DNA of 64,000 nucleotides from Candidatus Bathyarchaeota archaeon (GCA_963726255.1 CAVSBL010000002.1:1632001-1696000); one strand, 5' to 3'; shown: positions 10,142 through 20,847, counted from the stretch's first letter. Notes: generated by a model from the letters alone, not told the origin. Program-made: numbers and translations.

Positions 10142-11337
10142 CACAGGAACATTCGCACGTTGTCGATGGCAAGTTCGGGAAGTATGGCGGCCGCTTCGTT
10201 CCGGAGACGCTAATGGGTGCTCTCATCGAGCTGGAAAAGGAATATACACGGCTGAAGAACGACCCGGAATTCAAATCTCAACTTTCTTATCTTCTCAAAG
10301 AATTCGCAGGGCGTCCTACACCCCTTTACTACGCTGCGAACTTGACCCGAAAAGCCGGCGGCGCGAAGATATACATCAAACGTGAAGACTTGGCGCACGG
10401 CGGCGCACACAAGATCAACAACACGATTGGGCAGGCACTTCTCGCGAAACGAATGGGAAGAAACCGGGTCATAGCGGAAACTGGCGCTGGTCAGCACGGC
10501 GTTGCAAGCGCCATAGCGTGCGCGGCGCTAGGCCTCAAGTGCGAGGTCTACATGGGTTCCGAAGATGTGGAACGACAGAAACTAAACGTCTTCCGCATGA
10601 ATCTTCTAGGAACTAAGGTCCATTCGGTTCACTCAGGATCGAGGACGCTCAAGGATGCGATAAACGAAACCTTCCGAGATTGGGTATCGAACGTTGAGAA
10701 CACTTACTATCTGCTTGGTTCAGTAGTGGGCCCCCACCCATACCCTACCTTAGTAAGAGATTTTCAGAGCGTTATCGGCCTAGAGATCAAAGAGCAGATT
10801 CTGCAGAAGGAAGGACGCCTGCCGGATGCGATAGTTGCCTGCGTGGGCGGGGGAAGCAACTCGATGGGCGCGTTCTATCCTTTCATTGAAGACACGCAAG
10901 TGGCATTGCATGGTGTGGAAGCCGGCGGCCTAGGCCTTGCGTCTGGAAAACACGCTGCAACATTGTGCGCTGGACAGGAAGGCGTCTTTCACGGAATGCT
11001 TACCTACATCCTTCAGGATGAGGACGGTCAAATCCAGTCAACACACAGCATCTCAGCCGGCCTAGACTACCCAGGAGTTGGCCCAGAACATGCATACCTG
11101 AAGGCTACCGGACGTGCTCAATACACTTCGGCAACGGATCAACAAGCCGTGGAAGCCTTCATGGAACTAAGTCGGCTTGAAGGCATCATACCAGCTCTCG
11201 AATCCGCACACGCCGTACATTACGCAACGATTTTGGCGTCGAAAATGAAGCAAGACCAGCTTGTAGTGATCAACCTCTCGGGACGCGGAGATAAGGACGT
11301 TAATGTTGTCGCCAAAAATCTGGGCGTTAAGATATGA
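10138..11337 (+). CDS. trpB: Tryptophan synthase beta chain (TrpB1)
   Basis: [37 protein letters not shown]. Confidence 0.98.
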   Translation: MTQEHSHVVDGKFGKYGGRFVPETLMGALIELEKEYTRLKNDPEFKSQLSYLLKEFAGRPTPLYYAANLTRKAGGAKIYIKREDLAHGGAHKINNTIGQALLAKRMGRNRVIAETGAGQHGVASAIACAALGLKCEVYMGSEDVERQKLNVFRMNLLGTKVHSVHSGSRTLKDAINETFRDWVSNVENTYYLLGSVVGPHPYPTLVRDFQSVIGLEIKEQILQKEGRLPDAIVACVGGGSNSMGAFYPFIEDTQVALHGVEAGGLGLASGKHAATLCAGQEGVFHGMLTYILQDEDGQIQSTHSISAGLDYPGVGPEHAYLKATGRAQYTSATDQQAVEAFMELSRLEGIIPALESAHAVHYATILASKMKQDQLVVINLSGRGDKDVNVVAKNLGVKI

Positions 11338-12149
11338 CGAGAATCTCAGAGTTATTCGCTCAATTGAAGGAGAGTGGCGAAGGTGCACTCATAGCCTACC
11401 TGACAGTAGGATACCCAAACCTTAGACAAACCCCTCGCCTAATCGGAGCACTGATCAAAGGTGGGGCAGACATCATCGAACTTGGAATCCCATTCTCGGA
11501 TCCGATCGCGGATGGGCCAACGATTCAGAACGCTACCACGCGTTCCTTGGAGAGCGGCGTTAGGCCCCTCGACGCTTTAGAGATAGCTCGAACAGTCCAC
11601 GAGAAATACGACACGCCCCTTGTTCTAATGAGCTACTTCAACCCCATATACCGAGTTGGATTACAGAAATTTCTGACCTTGACAAAGAATTCCGGGATAT
11701 CGGGAATTATTGTTCCTGACCTCCCGGTAGAAGAATCAAAAGATTACAAGAATGAATGCGTTTCAACCGACATCGACACCATCTTCTTGGCATCGCCCTC
11801 CACTCATCCGGACAGGCTTAAGCAGATTCTGGCTCAGACCTCGGGTTACCTCTACCTGATTTCACTATACGGTGTCACGGGTGTCCGGTCGTCAGTTGCT
11901 GAATCAGCTCTGACTCTGATCAGGAAATACCGCGGTGCAATGGCTGGTTCCGTCCCCCTCGCAGTGGGGTTTGGAATCTCTACACCCGACCACGTTAGAG
12001 CAATGATCCATGCCGGAGCAGATGGTGCGATCGTCGGCAGCGCATTCATTGAGATAATCAGGAAGAACCAGCGGAACCCGATTCATGCAGCCAAAAAATT
12101 GGAGAACATGACCAAGGCCATGAAAAAAGCAACTTTAGGATCCAAATGA
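11334..12149 (+). CDS. trpA: Tryptophan synthase alpha chain
   Basis: [39 protein letters not shown]. Confidence 0.97.
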   Translation: MTRISELFAQLKESGEGALIAYLTVGYPNLRQTPRLIGALIKGGADIIELGIPFSDPIADGPTIQNATTRSLESGVRPLDALEIARTVHEKYDTPLVLMSYFNPIYRVGLQKFLTLTKNSGISGIIVPDLPVEESKDYKNECVSTDIDTIFLASPSTHPDRLKQILAQTSGYLYLISLYGVTGVRSSVAESALTLIRKYRGAMAGSVPLAVGFGISTPDHVRAMIHAGADGAIVGSAFIEIIRKNQRNPIHAAKKLENMTKAMKKATLGSK

Positions 12150-12150
12150 T

Positions 12151-12870
12151 TCATACAGTGCCTAACTGCTGCGAGTCTAGGAAACGACGAATCCTGAGAA
12201 AAACTGCGTCAATCATAGCCTCGGTTAGCTTCCCGGTTTGAGTGTTCTGCCGGCTCGGGTGGTAAGACGCCGCAAGAGCTGGATATGGCTCCGGAAGCTG
12301 GTAGAAGGCGGCATGATGAAACTGCAACCCCTTGACCTTGAGCTCTTGCTCTCTAAGGAACCTTAGGTACGTGTCGAAGGCCACTCGCCCTAGAGCTAAA
12401 ATGACTTTGACGTTGGTGAGTAGCCGTAACTCCTGTGTCCAGTAACGCTCACATGTGCGAATCTCTAAGTGGGTTGGTTTATTCTTTGGTGGAGCGCACC
12501 TTACAATCGCGGTCATGTATGCGTCCAGTAGCTTGAGGTCGTCGCCCCGTCTGTTCGATGTCGGCTGGTTAGAAAAGCCGTGCCGGTGCAATGCGGCAAT
12601 TAGAAATTGGGCCGAACCATCTCCCGTGAACATGCGCCCGGTCCTATTCCCGCCATGCGCTGCTGGAGCTAGGCCGAGGATCATAAGCCTGGCACGCACG
12701 TCCCCGAAACCCGGCAGCGGTTTGCCCCAATAATCCCAGTCTACGTACTGTCTGCGTTTTTTCTTGGCAACTAGCCTGCAATATCTACGTAGCCTTGGGC
12801 AGAGCTCGCATGAGACGACTGCTGAGTTAAGGTGGCTAAGCGACTTGAAAGCAACCCGGCGGTCTTGCAA
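12151..12870 (-). CDS. Uracil-DNA glycosylase family 5 (UdgB-like, Fe-S)
   Basis: CELCPRL, GLAPAAHGGNRTGRMFTGD, RCAPPKNKP, YHPSRQNT. Confidence 0.92.
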   Translation of the reverse strand: MQDRRVAFKSLSHLNSAVVSCELCPRLRRYCRLVAKKKRRQYVDWDYWGKPLPGFGDVRARLMILGLAPAAHGGNRTGRMFTGDGSAQFLIAALHRHGFSNQPTSNRRGDDLKLLDAYMTAIVRCAPPKNKPTHLEIRTCERYWTQELRLLTNVKVILALGRVAFDTYLRFLREQELKVKGLQFHHAAFYQLPEPYPALAASYHPSRQNTQTGKLTEAMIDAVFLRIRRFLDSQQLGTV

Positions 12871-12897
12871 TTCTTTGACCGTTAGATTAGGAGAGGC

Positions 12898-13383
12898 TTA
12901 GAGGTTTTCCCCGGAGAGGCTATAGACTACTGTTATTCCTTGGTATTGGTCGCCACCGAAGTATGTTAGGGTAAGCGGCAGCCATCCGGTCCAATTCATG
13001 GGGAAATGAATTTCGAAGTATCCGTTGTCGCTAGTTGACACGGCCTGGGTTCGGTAGTTGCCTTGCAGGTAGTAGTGTGCGTAAACCTTCGCTCCCGCCA
13101 CGGGTTGCCCCGACATTGTCTCAAGGTATCCTTTAACCCCCACCGCCACCCCCTTCTCGGTGATGGCACTCACGGAGGCGAACATGACACCCTGTCCCTT
13201 GCTGGATAACGGAGAGGTTGGTAATGTAACGAATTCTGAGGGTGGAAACTGGGATGTGGGGCCCACTGTCACCAAGGCCCAAGCAGATATTATCACGAGA
13301 AAGACGACGATGACCAGAGCAACTAACCCCTCCACGGGGAGGCCCCGGCGTTTCGTTTGTTCCGCCTCATCATTGCTAGCCAT
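12898..13383 (-). CDS. Membrane-anchored protein with Ig-like/carboxypeptidase-regulatory-like domain
   Basis: N-terminal TM helix; GQPVAGAKV...TSDNGYF...YFGG. Confidence 0.6.
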   Translation of the reverse strand: MASNDEAEQTKRRGLPVEGLVALVIVVFLVIISAWALVTVGPTSQFPPSEFVTLPTSPLSSKGQGVMFASVSAITEKGVAVGVKGYLETMSGQPVAGAKVYAHYYLQGNYRTQAVSTSDNGYFEIHFPMNWTGWLPLTLTYFGGDQYQGITVVYSLSGENL

Positions 13384-13538
13384 CGCAGTACACCTCAGCG
13401 GATTCTAAAATCGCCCTGCAAAGTCCTCAGGAGAGTTAAAGTCTTTCCGGCGATTTGCACCGCAGCAAGAATTCGACTTTTGATTGTGTGCACAGATTTA
13501 TTTATAGCGAGAAGGATGCAGGGGCGGAGTTTGCAAGA

Positions 13539-15191
13539 TTGTCTGAAGCTACGGTTCCCGTTCTCATTCTGAAGGAAGGAGCAACCCGAAGCCGCGGTCG
13601 GGACGCTCAACGGAACAACATTTTAGCGGCAAAGATCGTCACTGAAACAATCCGCACGACCCTCGGCCCACAAGGCATGGATAAGATGCTAGTATCAGGC
13701 ATGGGTGACGTCGTGATTACGAACGACGGGGCTACGATCATGAAGGAGCTTGACGTTCAACACCCCGCCGCCAAGATGCTTGTTGAAGTCGCGAAAAGTC
13801 AAGATAACGAGGTCGGCGATGGTACAACGACTGCCGTTGTTCTCGCCGGAGAACTGTTGACGAAAGCTGAGAAGCTCCTTGACCAAGAAATCCATCCAAC
13901 AGTCATCGTCGAAGGTTACAAGAAAGCCTCAGAGAAGGCGCTAGAAATTCTCCAGAGCCTTGCCATTGATATTCAACCCAGCGACGAGAACACGCTCAAG
14001 CTCGTAGCAATGACCTCGATAAGCACCAAAGCAACTGTCGGCACAAGCGAACATTTAGCATCATTGGCCACTAAGGCCGTAAGTCAAATCATTGAAGAGC
14101 GGGACGGCAAGACCACTGCCGACATAGACAGGATCAAGGTCTTGAAGAAGAAGGGGGAGAGCTTGGAGCAGTGCGAACTCATCAGGGGCATCGTTGTTGA
14201 CAAAGAAGTCTCTCATCCACAGATGCCAAAGCAAGTGAAGAACGCAAAGATAGCACTTCTCAACGCGAAGCTTGAGATTGAGAAGACTGAATTTGATGCC
14301 AAAATCAACATCAACTCACCCGACCAGATGAAACGCTTTCTCGACGAGGAAGAGAATATGCTCAGGGGCATGACGGATAAGGTCAGCGGAAGCGGTGCCA
14401 ACGTAATATTCTGTGAAAAAGGCATCGATGACTTAGCCCTCCATTTCCTTGCCAAGAAGAACATCATGGCTGTGAAGAACATTAGCAGCAACGACATGGA
14501 GAAACTGGCAAAAGCTACCGGCGGAACAATACTTGCCAGCACCAAGGACATCGCTTCAGACACCCTTGGTGAGGCGAAACTTGTAGAGGAAGTCAAGATT
14601 GGAGACGATAAACTTGTGTACGTTCGCGACTGCAAAGACCCACGTGCGGTAACCGTCGTTATCAGAGGCGGCTCGGAACATGTCGTTGACGAAGCTGAAC
14701 GCTCTTTCCACGATGCCCTCTGTGTGGTCAGAAACGTAGTGGAGGACCACAAGATAGTTGCAGGCGGAGGCGCACCTGAAGCTGAAACAGCAAAACAGCT
14801 GCGAGAATTCGCCGTGAAAGTAGGAGGCCGCGAACAACTCGCCATCGAAGCCTACGCTGAAGCGCTAGAGGCGATTCCGCTTACAATAGCAGAAAACGCA
14901 GGGCTCGACCCAATCGACATAATGGTTGAACTCAGGTCGAAACATGCTGAAGCTGGAAACAAATGGTACGGCGTCCAAGTAAAGACTGGAAAAATCGCCG
15001 ACATGCTAACGGACAATGTGATTGAACCGCTCAGGGTGAAACTACAAGTCATCAAGTCCGCAACAGAAGCTGCTAGCATGCTCCTACGAATAGACGACGT
15101 CGTCTCTTCGAAAGGCACGAAGGAAAGCGGACCGCCGGGCGGAGGAATGCCGGGTGGTATGCCTGGCGGAATGCCACCAGGCATGATGTAG
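13539..15191 (+). CDS. ths: Thermosome (group II chaperonin) subunit
   Basis: [35 protein letters not shown] tail; start TTG 13539 after a TTTATA box. Confidence 0.97.
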   Translation: MSEATVPVLILKEGATRSRGRDAQRNNILAAKIVTETIRTTLGPQGMDKMLVSGMGDVVITNDGATIMKELDVQHPAAKMLVEVAKSQDNEVGDGTTTAVVLAGELLTKAEKLLDQEIHPTVIVEGYKKASEKALEILQSLAIDIQPSDENTLKLVAMTSISTKATVGTSEHLASLATKAVSQIIEERDGKTTADIDRIKVLKKKGESLEQCELIRGIVVDKEVSHPQMPKQVKNAKIALLNAKLEIEKTEFDAKININSPDQMKRFLDEEENMLRGMTDKVSGSGANVIFCEKGIDDLALHFLAKKNIMAVKNISSNDMEKLAKATGGTILASTKDIASDTLGEAKLVEEVKIGDDKLVYVRDCKDPRAVTVVIRGGSEHVVDEAERSFHDALCVVRNVVEDHKIVAGGGAPEAETAKQLREFAVKVGGREQLAIEAYAEALEAIPLTIAENAGLDPIDIMVELRSKHAEAGNKWYGVQVKTGKIADMLTDNVIEPLRVKLQVIKSATEAASMLLRIDDVVSSKGTKESGPPGGGMPGGMPGGMPPGMM

Positions 15192-15265
15192 CCGATTCCG
15201 AGGCCGCGCGACACCACGAAAATCAGTCACTCTCCAACTCTGCCTAGGTCTATTCTCCGACATGC

Positions 15266-15664
15266 GTGGTTGAATTGGCAACCAAACTGACTGAAAAGGT
15301 CGTCAGGTTCATCGACGGAAAGAATTTTGCTTTTCTCGCAACTCTCCTGCCAGATGGATCGCCCCATGTCACACCGATGTGGGTCGACCATGAAGGCGAT
15401 ACGATCCTGATGAACACGGCAATCGGACGCGTTAAGCAAAAGAACTTGGCCAGAGATCCCAGAGTTTCAATAGCCATCGCAGATTCGAACAACCCATACG
15501 ACAGAATAATTATACATGGTCGCCTGGTAAGCCAAACCGAGCAAGGCGCAGATACGCACATCGATAAGTTAGCAAAGAAGTACACAGACGCGAACAAATA
15601 TCAAAAGACATCACCAAATGAGAAACGAATCATCCTCAAAATTGAGCCGCTGCAGATTCTCTGA
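15266..15664 (+). CDS. PPOX-class (putative F420-dependent) split-barrel oxidoreductase
   Basis: LATLLPDGSPHVTPMW, KQKNLARDPRVS, IDKLAKKY. Confidence 0.85.
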   Translation: MVELATKLTEKVVRFIDGKNFAFLATLLPDGSPHVTPMWVDHEGDTILMNTAIGRVKQKNLARDPRVSIAIADSNNPYDRIIIHGRLVSQTEQGADTHIDKLAKKYTDANKYQKTSPNEKRIILKIEPLQIL

Positions 15665-15689
15665 GTCAAATTAAGACCGCAGGTCAACC

Positions 15690-16832
15690 TTGCCCTCTTT
15701 CTCTGGTTCCCCATCTTCCGTCGAGATTCTTCAAAGGCTTACAGAGTTTCCTACGTATGAAGAATCTGGGATGAGGGCATGCTCTGAATTTCTCTCCGGC
15801 GAGCTAGATAGGCTTGGGTTCAAAGCCAATGTCGATAAGTTGAACAACGTCTACGCGGAAAAAACATTTGATCACGGCGAAGCTACTTTCCTCGTCAACA
15901 GCCACTTCGATACGGTTCCACCCAACCCCAGATGGGTGAAAGACCCACTCCATGCTTCCTTGGAGGGTGACCGGCTCTATGGCCTTGGAACTTCAGATGA
16001 CAAAGCTAGTGTCGCCTCAATCCTCTACGTACTTGGAAAAGTCGAAGACTCCCGGTTCCGCAAACTCGAATTATTGTTCTCCAATTACGAAGATAACAAC
16101 ACCATTCTAGATGGCGAGACTTGGCTAGGCACTCCCTACTTTCTAACCCACAACCACTTGGAATCAACTTTCGGAGTCAACGTTGAGGGAACTGTCGATA
16201 ATGACATTTTCATGGTCTCTTTGGGGTGTGGTGGGCGAGTAGGTTTCAAGGTCACAACCTTAGGGAAGGAAGCCCACTCCTCCGACCCGAGACAGGGACG
16301 AAACGCAATCTACGATATGATGAAGGTAATTGAAGCCTTGCGAAAGTTGCCACCCGCCAGAATGATTCTGGATGAACATGAGGCCTATACGGAACTAAAC
16401 GTGAGCATGATCAAAGGCGGGGTCGCGATAAACATCGTTCCGGGAGACTGCGACATAACTTGTGAACGGCGCGTTCTTCCGAACGAGGACTGGGACACGG
16501 TTAAGGCACAAGTCGATAAGACACTATCCGAGTTGCGAGGCATCCAATTCAAGGTCGAGTACAACAAGCCCCAGCGATCGTACCTTATCGACCGTAAACA
16601 CCCAGCGGTTACGTTGGCTAAGGAGAGCGTCACGAGGGCGGTGGGATATTCGCCAAGATTCCGAGTTGAATCAGGTAGAACCGACTCCATCTATTTCGAT
16701 CAAATGGCAGGCATAAAGACCGTGATTCTCGGGCCTGGTGAAACCGCCCACATAGCCGACGAGTACGTCAATGTTCGAAGGCTTGAGGAATTCAACCAGA
16801 TACTATACCATATGTTGTCAACGGGAAGCTAG
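15690..16832 (+). CDS. M20 family metallopeptidase/deacylase
   Basis: SHFDTVP, GLGTSDDK, GKEAHSS, AHIADE. Confidence 0.88.
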   Translation: MPSFSGSPSSVEILQRLTEFPTYEESGMRACSEFLSGELDRLGFKANVDKLNNVYAEKTFDHGEATFLVNSHFDTVPPNPRWVKDPLHASLEGDRLYGLGTSDDKASVASILYVLGKVEDSRFRKLELLFSNYEDNNTILDGETWLGTPYFLTHNHLESTFGVNVEGTVDNDIFMVSLGCGGRVGFKVTTLGKEAHSSDPRQGRNAIYDMMKVIEALRKLPPARMILDEHEAYTELNVSMIKGGVAINIVPGDCDITCERRVLPNEDWDTVKAQVDKTLSELRGIQFKVEYNKPQRSYLIDRKHPAVTLAKESVTRAVGYSPRFRVESGRTDSIYFDQMAGIKTVILGPGETAHIADEYVNVRRLEEFNQILYHMLSTGS

Positions 16833-16838
16833 TCTGCT

Positions 16839-17276
16839 TTAGCAGTAGTTTCGGTCCGAACCAGCTGGAGCAATCTTCTGATCTTGGGATTCGTATAGGG
16901 TTGGGTTGCCTTTTACACAGAGGAAGACGAATGGCTCGTCCCATTCATTGCTAAATTGGTGAACTGCTTTTGATGGAATGAAAATCGTATCACCCTCCTG
17001 CATTGGCTTCAGCGGACCAGCCTCCTTCGATTGCCTGAGCATCCCCCTACCACTTAGGACGTAAACTTGGTGTTCGTATGCATGTTCATCTAGCGGTGTG
17101 TAACCGCCCTTCTCTACGGTATACAACCGGAGGGCGAAACGGTGCGACCCATGTCGTTCGTCGATCAGGTACCTTACTTTTACCTTTTCAGCGCCGTCTT
17201 TCGCTAGGTCTTCAACTTGGACGCTGAATGCGTTTACGGTGAAAATCTTCTGTTCCTTTGCGGTTTCTTGAACCAA
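16839..17276 (-). CDS. Cupin domain protein
   Basis: TPLDEHAYEHQVYVLSG, GDTIFIPSKAVHQFSN. Confidence 0.85.
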   Translation of the reverse strand: MVQETAKEQKIFTVNAFSVQVEDLAKDGAEKVKVRYLIDERHGSHRFALRLYTVEKGGYTPLDEHAYEHQVYVLSGRGMLRQSKEAGPLKPMQEGDTIFIPSKAVHQFSNEWDEPFVFLCVKGNPTLYESQDQKIAPAGSDRNYC

Positions 17277-17429
17277 TTTGACCTCGCCTATTTGATTACC
17301 ATCCTACGAGGGCGCGTGCTCGCCCTCAGATCGTATTTAGGTTTGCGCACTAACCCTGAGGCATCTAGACCATTAAGCGAAGGCTTACAAGGAATCATAC
17401 TATTCTCCAAGACATTTCTGTGAGGGGCT

Positions 17430-17609
17430 ATGTCAACCGAGAATGATTCGGAAAAGGGAAAGTGGAGGTTCTCGCATGCCAGTGCCTACAGTGACAACGT
17501 ATGCGAAACATTCACCGATGAAAAAGGCAAAGTCCACTACAGGTGGCTGTATCCAGATGGAAAAATGGAATATATCTGTGCCTGCCACCGCTTCCTGAAC
17601 AAGTTTTAG
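17430..17609 (+). CDS. Small hypothetical protein (59 aa, C-terminal CxCH)
   Basis: Own translation MSTENDSEKGKWRFSH...YICACHRFLNKF; GAGGGG SD-like upstream. Confidence 0.55.
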   Translation: MSTENDSEKGKWRFSHASAYSDNVCETFTDEKGKVHYRWLYPDGKMEYICACHRFLNKF

Positions 17610-17660
17610 TAACCTTACCAGCCTTCGCGGCTGCAGAGAAGATTTGGAAATTCTGGCCGA

Positions 17661-17780
17661 TTATCGAGTTTGACTAGTTCGGCTTGGTTTTCGGCTCGAC
17701 TTCACTCGTTTTCTGAAACGTTGCTTTCTTTTCTGTCGCTTGCGAATTCTGTAACCCGGTTTACCCAGTCGATGCGGCAT
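17661..17780 (-). CDS. Small very basic protein (39 aa)
   Basis: MPHRLGKPGYRIRKRQKRKQRFRKRVKSSRK...; AGGAG upstream. Confidence 0.45.
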   Translation of the reverse strand: MPHRLGKPGYRIRKRQKRKQRFRKRVKSSRKPSRTSQTR

Positions 17781-17830
17781 GCCAATCCTACTCCTGTATA
17801 CTTCTTTCCCCAAATTGAAGCAATCGCTAT

Positions 17831-18259
17831 ATGGCTTTCGTACATCTCGCATTGCCAGAGAAGAGGGATAGGATCGTGTCGGTTGAAGAACTTTCAGGCA
17901 AGGGCTCGCCGGCTTGCCAAGAAGCATTCGCATACCTGAGGGAGCAAATGAATTCGGATCAAAACGTTTCTGAAAGCGTGGAATACGAACCGCTCAAAGA
18001 GACCGAGGCGCCGAGCTACAACGTCAGAGAAACTCCTCGGGTGCGAGCCTTCTTCGGCGAGAAGCTCGAACTATTCCTCTTTATACCGGAGAAATCTGTG
18101 GTGGCTATCAAATCTGATGCGTCAGTTCCTGAGGCCCTGAGGGCATGGGTTGACAGGGCACAGCTTGGGGGGATGAGCCGCCTTCTCAGGGTTCAACTCG
18201 CAACGAAAAAAGACGTGGAAGTCTTGATGCCTCTCATCAAAGCCGTGACACGTCAGTAG
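17831..18259 (+). CDS. Hypothetical protein
   Basis: 142 aa ORF with globular-protein composition; start uncertain. Confidence 0.6.
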   Translation: MAFVHLALPEKRDRIVSVEELSGKGSPACQEAFAYLREQMNSDQNVSESVEYEPLKETEAPSYNVRETPRVRAFFGEKLELFLFIPEKSVVAIKSDASVPEALRAWVDRAQLGGMSRLLRVQLATKKDVEVLMPLIKAVTRQ

Positions 18260-18272
18260 GTCAGATACTGCA

Positions 18273-18653
18273 TCAGAACGTCTCGTTATATGTCCGAATG
18301 AACTCTTCGTCGACTACCCCTGAAACAACCTTCTCTGAACCATCGGGTAGTACGACGCTTAAGCCAGCTGCATGGTATGGCAATTCGAACCTCTCCAACT
18401 TCGCTGGATCGTCAGTTTCGTAAATCTTAATCCACTTACCGCCTTCTTGACGGAAGCAGTAAATCTTCTCTACCCTCCTCTCCCCGATTCCCCCAATCCG
18501 ACCGCCTGCCGCTCCTGGTGCGCTTGCGGGTAGTTGGAGAACGTAGACGCAGTTCCTTCCTTGATTCTCACGCAGGTCAATGTGAGACTCAGCAACAAAG
18601 ATTCGCCTGCTTTTCTCACTGGCTAACTGAGTCAGTTCCTCGAGAGGAGTCAG
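18273..18653 (-). CDS. Hypothetical protein (126 aa) with CTG start, missing from the ORF track
   Basis: Own translation (M)TPLEELTQLASEKSRRIFVAESHIDL...GAAGGRIGGIGERR...ELPYHAAGLSVVLPDGSEKVVSGVVDEEF; in-frame TGA five codons upstream. Confidence 0.7.
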   Translation of the reverse strand: MTPLEELTQLASEKSRRIFVAESHIDLRENQGRNCVYVLQLPASAPGAAGGRIGGIGERRVEKIYCFRQEGGKWIKIYETDDPAKLERFELPYHAAGLSVVLPDGSEKVVSGVVDEEFIRTYNETF

Positions 18654-18704
18654 AGCTATCGCCCTTCAGAGAGAAGGATTATTGAAAAACCGCTAATTGG
18701 AAAT

Positions 18705-19252
18705 CTACGTCGTAGGCGGTTTAGCCGCACTCTGAAGAACCCTGAGAGCACCAGTCTTTCTGTTCAGGGAGAGCTGTTTCTCACCCCTAAAACTGCCAAC
18801 CCTCGCATCTTGGACTTCGACCAAATCTCCCTCCGAAATTGTAGGAATCTGGTTGTTCCATACGGCAATGGGAATTTCCCCAGTGCCGTCAGAGAGTGTG
18901 ACAGAGCACACTAGGAGTGGGTTTCCGTCTTTTGAGGTCACGGCTCTAACCTCCGATTTCTTGACAACTTGAGCTTTGAAGGAAACTCCTCGTGTTCCGA
19001 ATTTTAGGCCACTGATTTGCCTCTCCCCCCAGAGTTGAGCCGCTGTGATTCATCGTGGTTTTCCTGATCAAAGCTGGATAGTTCCTCAGGCAGCCGTTTC
19101 AGTTTGCTGATTGAGTCATTTGGAATCTTTGCTTGCGCTAGTGGCTTGCCATCAACGGAGAACATGTATGTTGAAGATGCTTCCTCCCGGTTTCGCAGCT
19201 CGATGTAGAACTTTCCACACCGGGCTTTTCCGCGTTCGCGTGCGGAGACCAT
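18705..19252 (-). pseudogene. OB-fold (RPA/SSB-like) protein broken by a 1-nt frameshift in a G6 run
   Basis: One more G at 19025-19030 joins the ORFs to give ...GERQISGLKFGTRGVSFKAQVVKKSEVRAVTSKDG...LSDGTGEIPIAVWN. Confidence 0.75.
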
Positions 19253-19474
19253 GGCTGAGTACAGGACGGGCGTTGTGAGGTTGTGCTTCCTTGCGAGTTG
19301 TAGTAAGTAGACTAGGTCCCTATCTAGCCCTCGCGTTTTTGGCAGGTTCCTTAGCTCGATTATGAGTGTTCAACTCCTCACCAGTATGGCGGCATAGGTT
19401 ATAAAGCGCCCGAAAAATAAGTCCAAATTGGACGTGCTCCTGGCTCGTTCTAGGGCATATATTTCCTGCCGGGT

Positions 19475-19858
19475 TCACTTTGTGAAGTCCCGTTTGTCGA
19501 CATTGACATTTATGCTCTTCAGGTAGGTAGGCGCATTCGCCCCTGTTCCGGCAAGGGTGAATTGACCGTCCACGTAGAATTTGAAGTGAGCATCCTTGTT
19601 TTCGCATAAGTAAGACATTGATATTTCGCCTGGCCGACCACGGTTACTGCTTTCATGCCGGATGGTTATGTTTTTGTCCCGTTCGGCAAACCAGGATTCA
19701 ATCTCTTTACGCATGGTCGGTTCGATTGAATCGAATGGCATTCCTTTGTGTTCCTTTTCGAATTTATCGGTAAGGGCCTTTCTGCACTCTTTGCTCAGCG
19801 TGGCCATATAGACGAAAGTCTTCTCAACGAGTTGCCGTCCGGATGGAGAGTCAGTCAT
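19475..19858 (-). CDS. Hypothetical protein
   Basis: 127 aa ORF, GAGGT SD, co-oriented with neighbours. Confidence 0.7.
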   Translation of the reverse strand: MTDSPSGRQLVEKTFVYMATLSKECRKALTDKFEKEHKGMPFDSIEPTMRKEIESWFAERDKNITIRHESSNRGRPGEISMSYLCENKDAHFKFYVDGQFTLAGTGANAPTYLKSINVNVDKRDFTK

Positions 19859-19872
19859 ATCGCAATACCTCT

Positions 19873-20280
19873 CTAGCGTGGCTTTCTCTTCTGGAAGTAT
19901 CGCCTTAAGGGATCCCAGTACGCGTCAACCCAGCCTTGCCGGTAGTTTCTGGCTTGGCTGGCTGGTACGTTTGATTGCACCATCGTCAACTGCGTGCCAC
20001 CCTTCTTCTGCTTGAACGATAGATTGAGGATTGAAGGTGAATAGCCTTTTGGCCATTCAGTGGTCTTCCAGAGTTGAATTATTAGTCTCCCCTTCTGCAA
20101 TTCGAGATTCTGTCCACTGATGTACCCGTCCCATGCACTGAATTTTCCGCCAACCTTGGGGTTGGATGTTGCCTTGGAACCAGTAAACGCTGCATGCATC
20201 TTCGCGTCCATGAACGCGTTATAGACTTCAGCTGGCTTGGCAGGTATGAATTTCGTCTGCTTTATCGTGGTGACTTTCAT
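19873..20280 (-). CDS. SRPBCC/AHSA1-like domain protein
   Basis: PAEVYNAFMD, GGKFSAWDGYISG, QGWVDAYWDPL; start ATG 20280. Confidence 0.88.
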   Translation of the reverse strand: MKVTTIKQTKFIPAKPAEVYNAFMDAKMHAAFTGSKATSNPKVGGKFSAWDGYISGQNLELQKGRLIIQLWKTTEWPKGYSPSILNLSFKQKKGGTQLTMVQSNVPASQARNYRQGWVDAYWDPLRRYFQKRKPR

Positions 20281-20740
20281 GAGTGGTTCAATTCTGATTA
20301 GTTGAGAGAATTCATTAAAGCATTCGGAGAACGCATGCATAGTCGAACTGGTACATAGTTGAGACGGTCGATCGCTACCTGATCGCTGCATCCTCTTCGG
20401 CAGGAGCTGCATCACTCACTTTGGGTTTGGTTGTTGGAAAATTCGCCGCAGAACACGGTAGCGCCAATGGCTACGCGACCGCCGTCATCCTTTCCGTGAT
20501 CGGCGTCGTCCTCTTGCCCACGATCATAGTGAGGAAGCTGCTTGTGGATTACTGGTAGCAATTTAGTGCCAGCTCGACAGATGTTAGGCTTGAGTGGTCC
20601 GAACGAGTAATTGTAGGCGGAGACTTGCCTAGGACTCTGGGTTGCGTGCACGCTTGGAGGTACCCCCCAGGGGGGTGACTCAGTTTTCTGAGTCAGACGG
20701 GGCTGATTTTGCGGTTTTCTGGTTGTGTCTGCAAGTGTAG

Positions 20741-20847
20741 TGGTACCAAATGGTCCCACCCTTCATCGGGTGGTCCCACCCCTGATGGGGGGGTGGTTTA
20801 ATTTTGTGTGGAAAACAGGTTACTTTAACGCGTTCGTGATTAGGCGG
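20741..20847. repeat. Palindrome-array element, copy 1
   Basis: TGGNNCCA at 20741, 20751 and 20771, CCACCC/GGGTGG stems; similar to the reverse complement of 62805-62916. Confidence 0.7.

Noticed and set aside
15130-15188. Short tandem repeats
   Set aside because: They encode the usual GGMP chaperonin tail.
20412-20759. 115-aa minus-strand ORF
   Set aside because: No recognisable motif, and it overlaps the inverted-repeat region.
20741-20796. Mini CRISPR array
   Set aside because: Units and spacers are far too short, and there are no cas genes.
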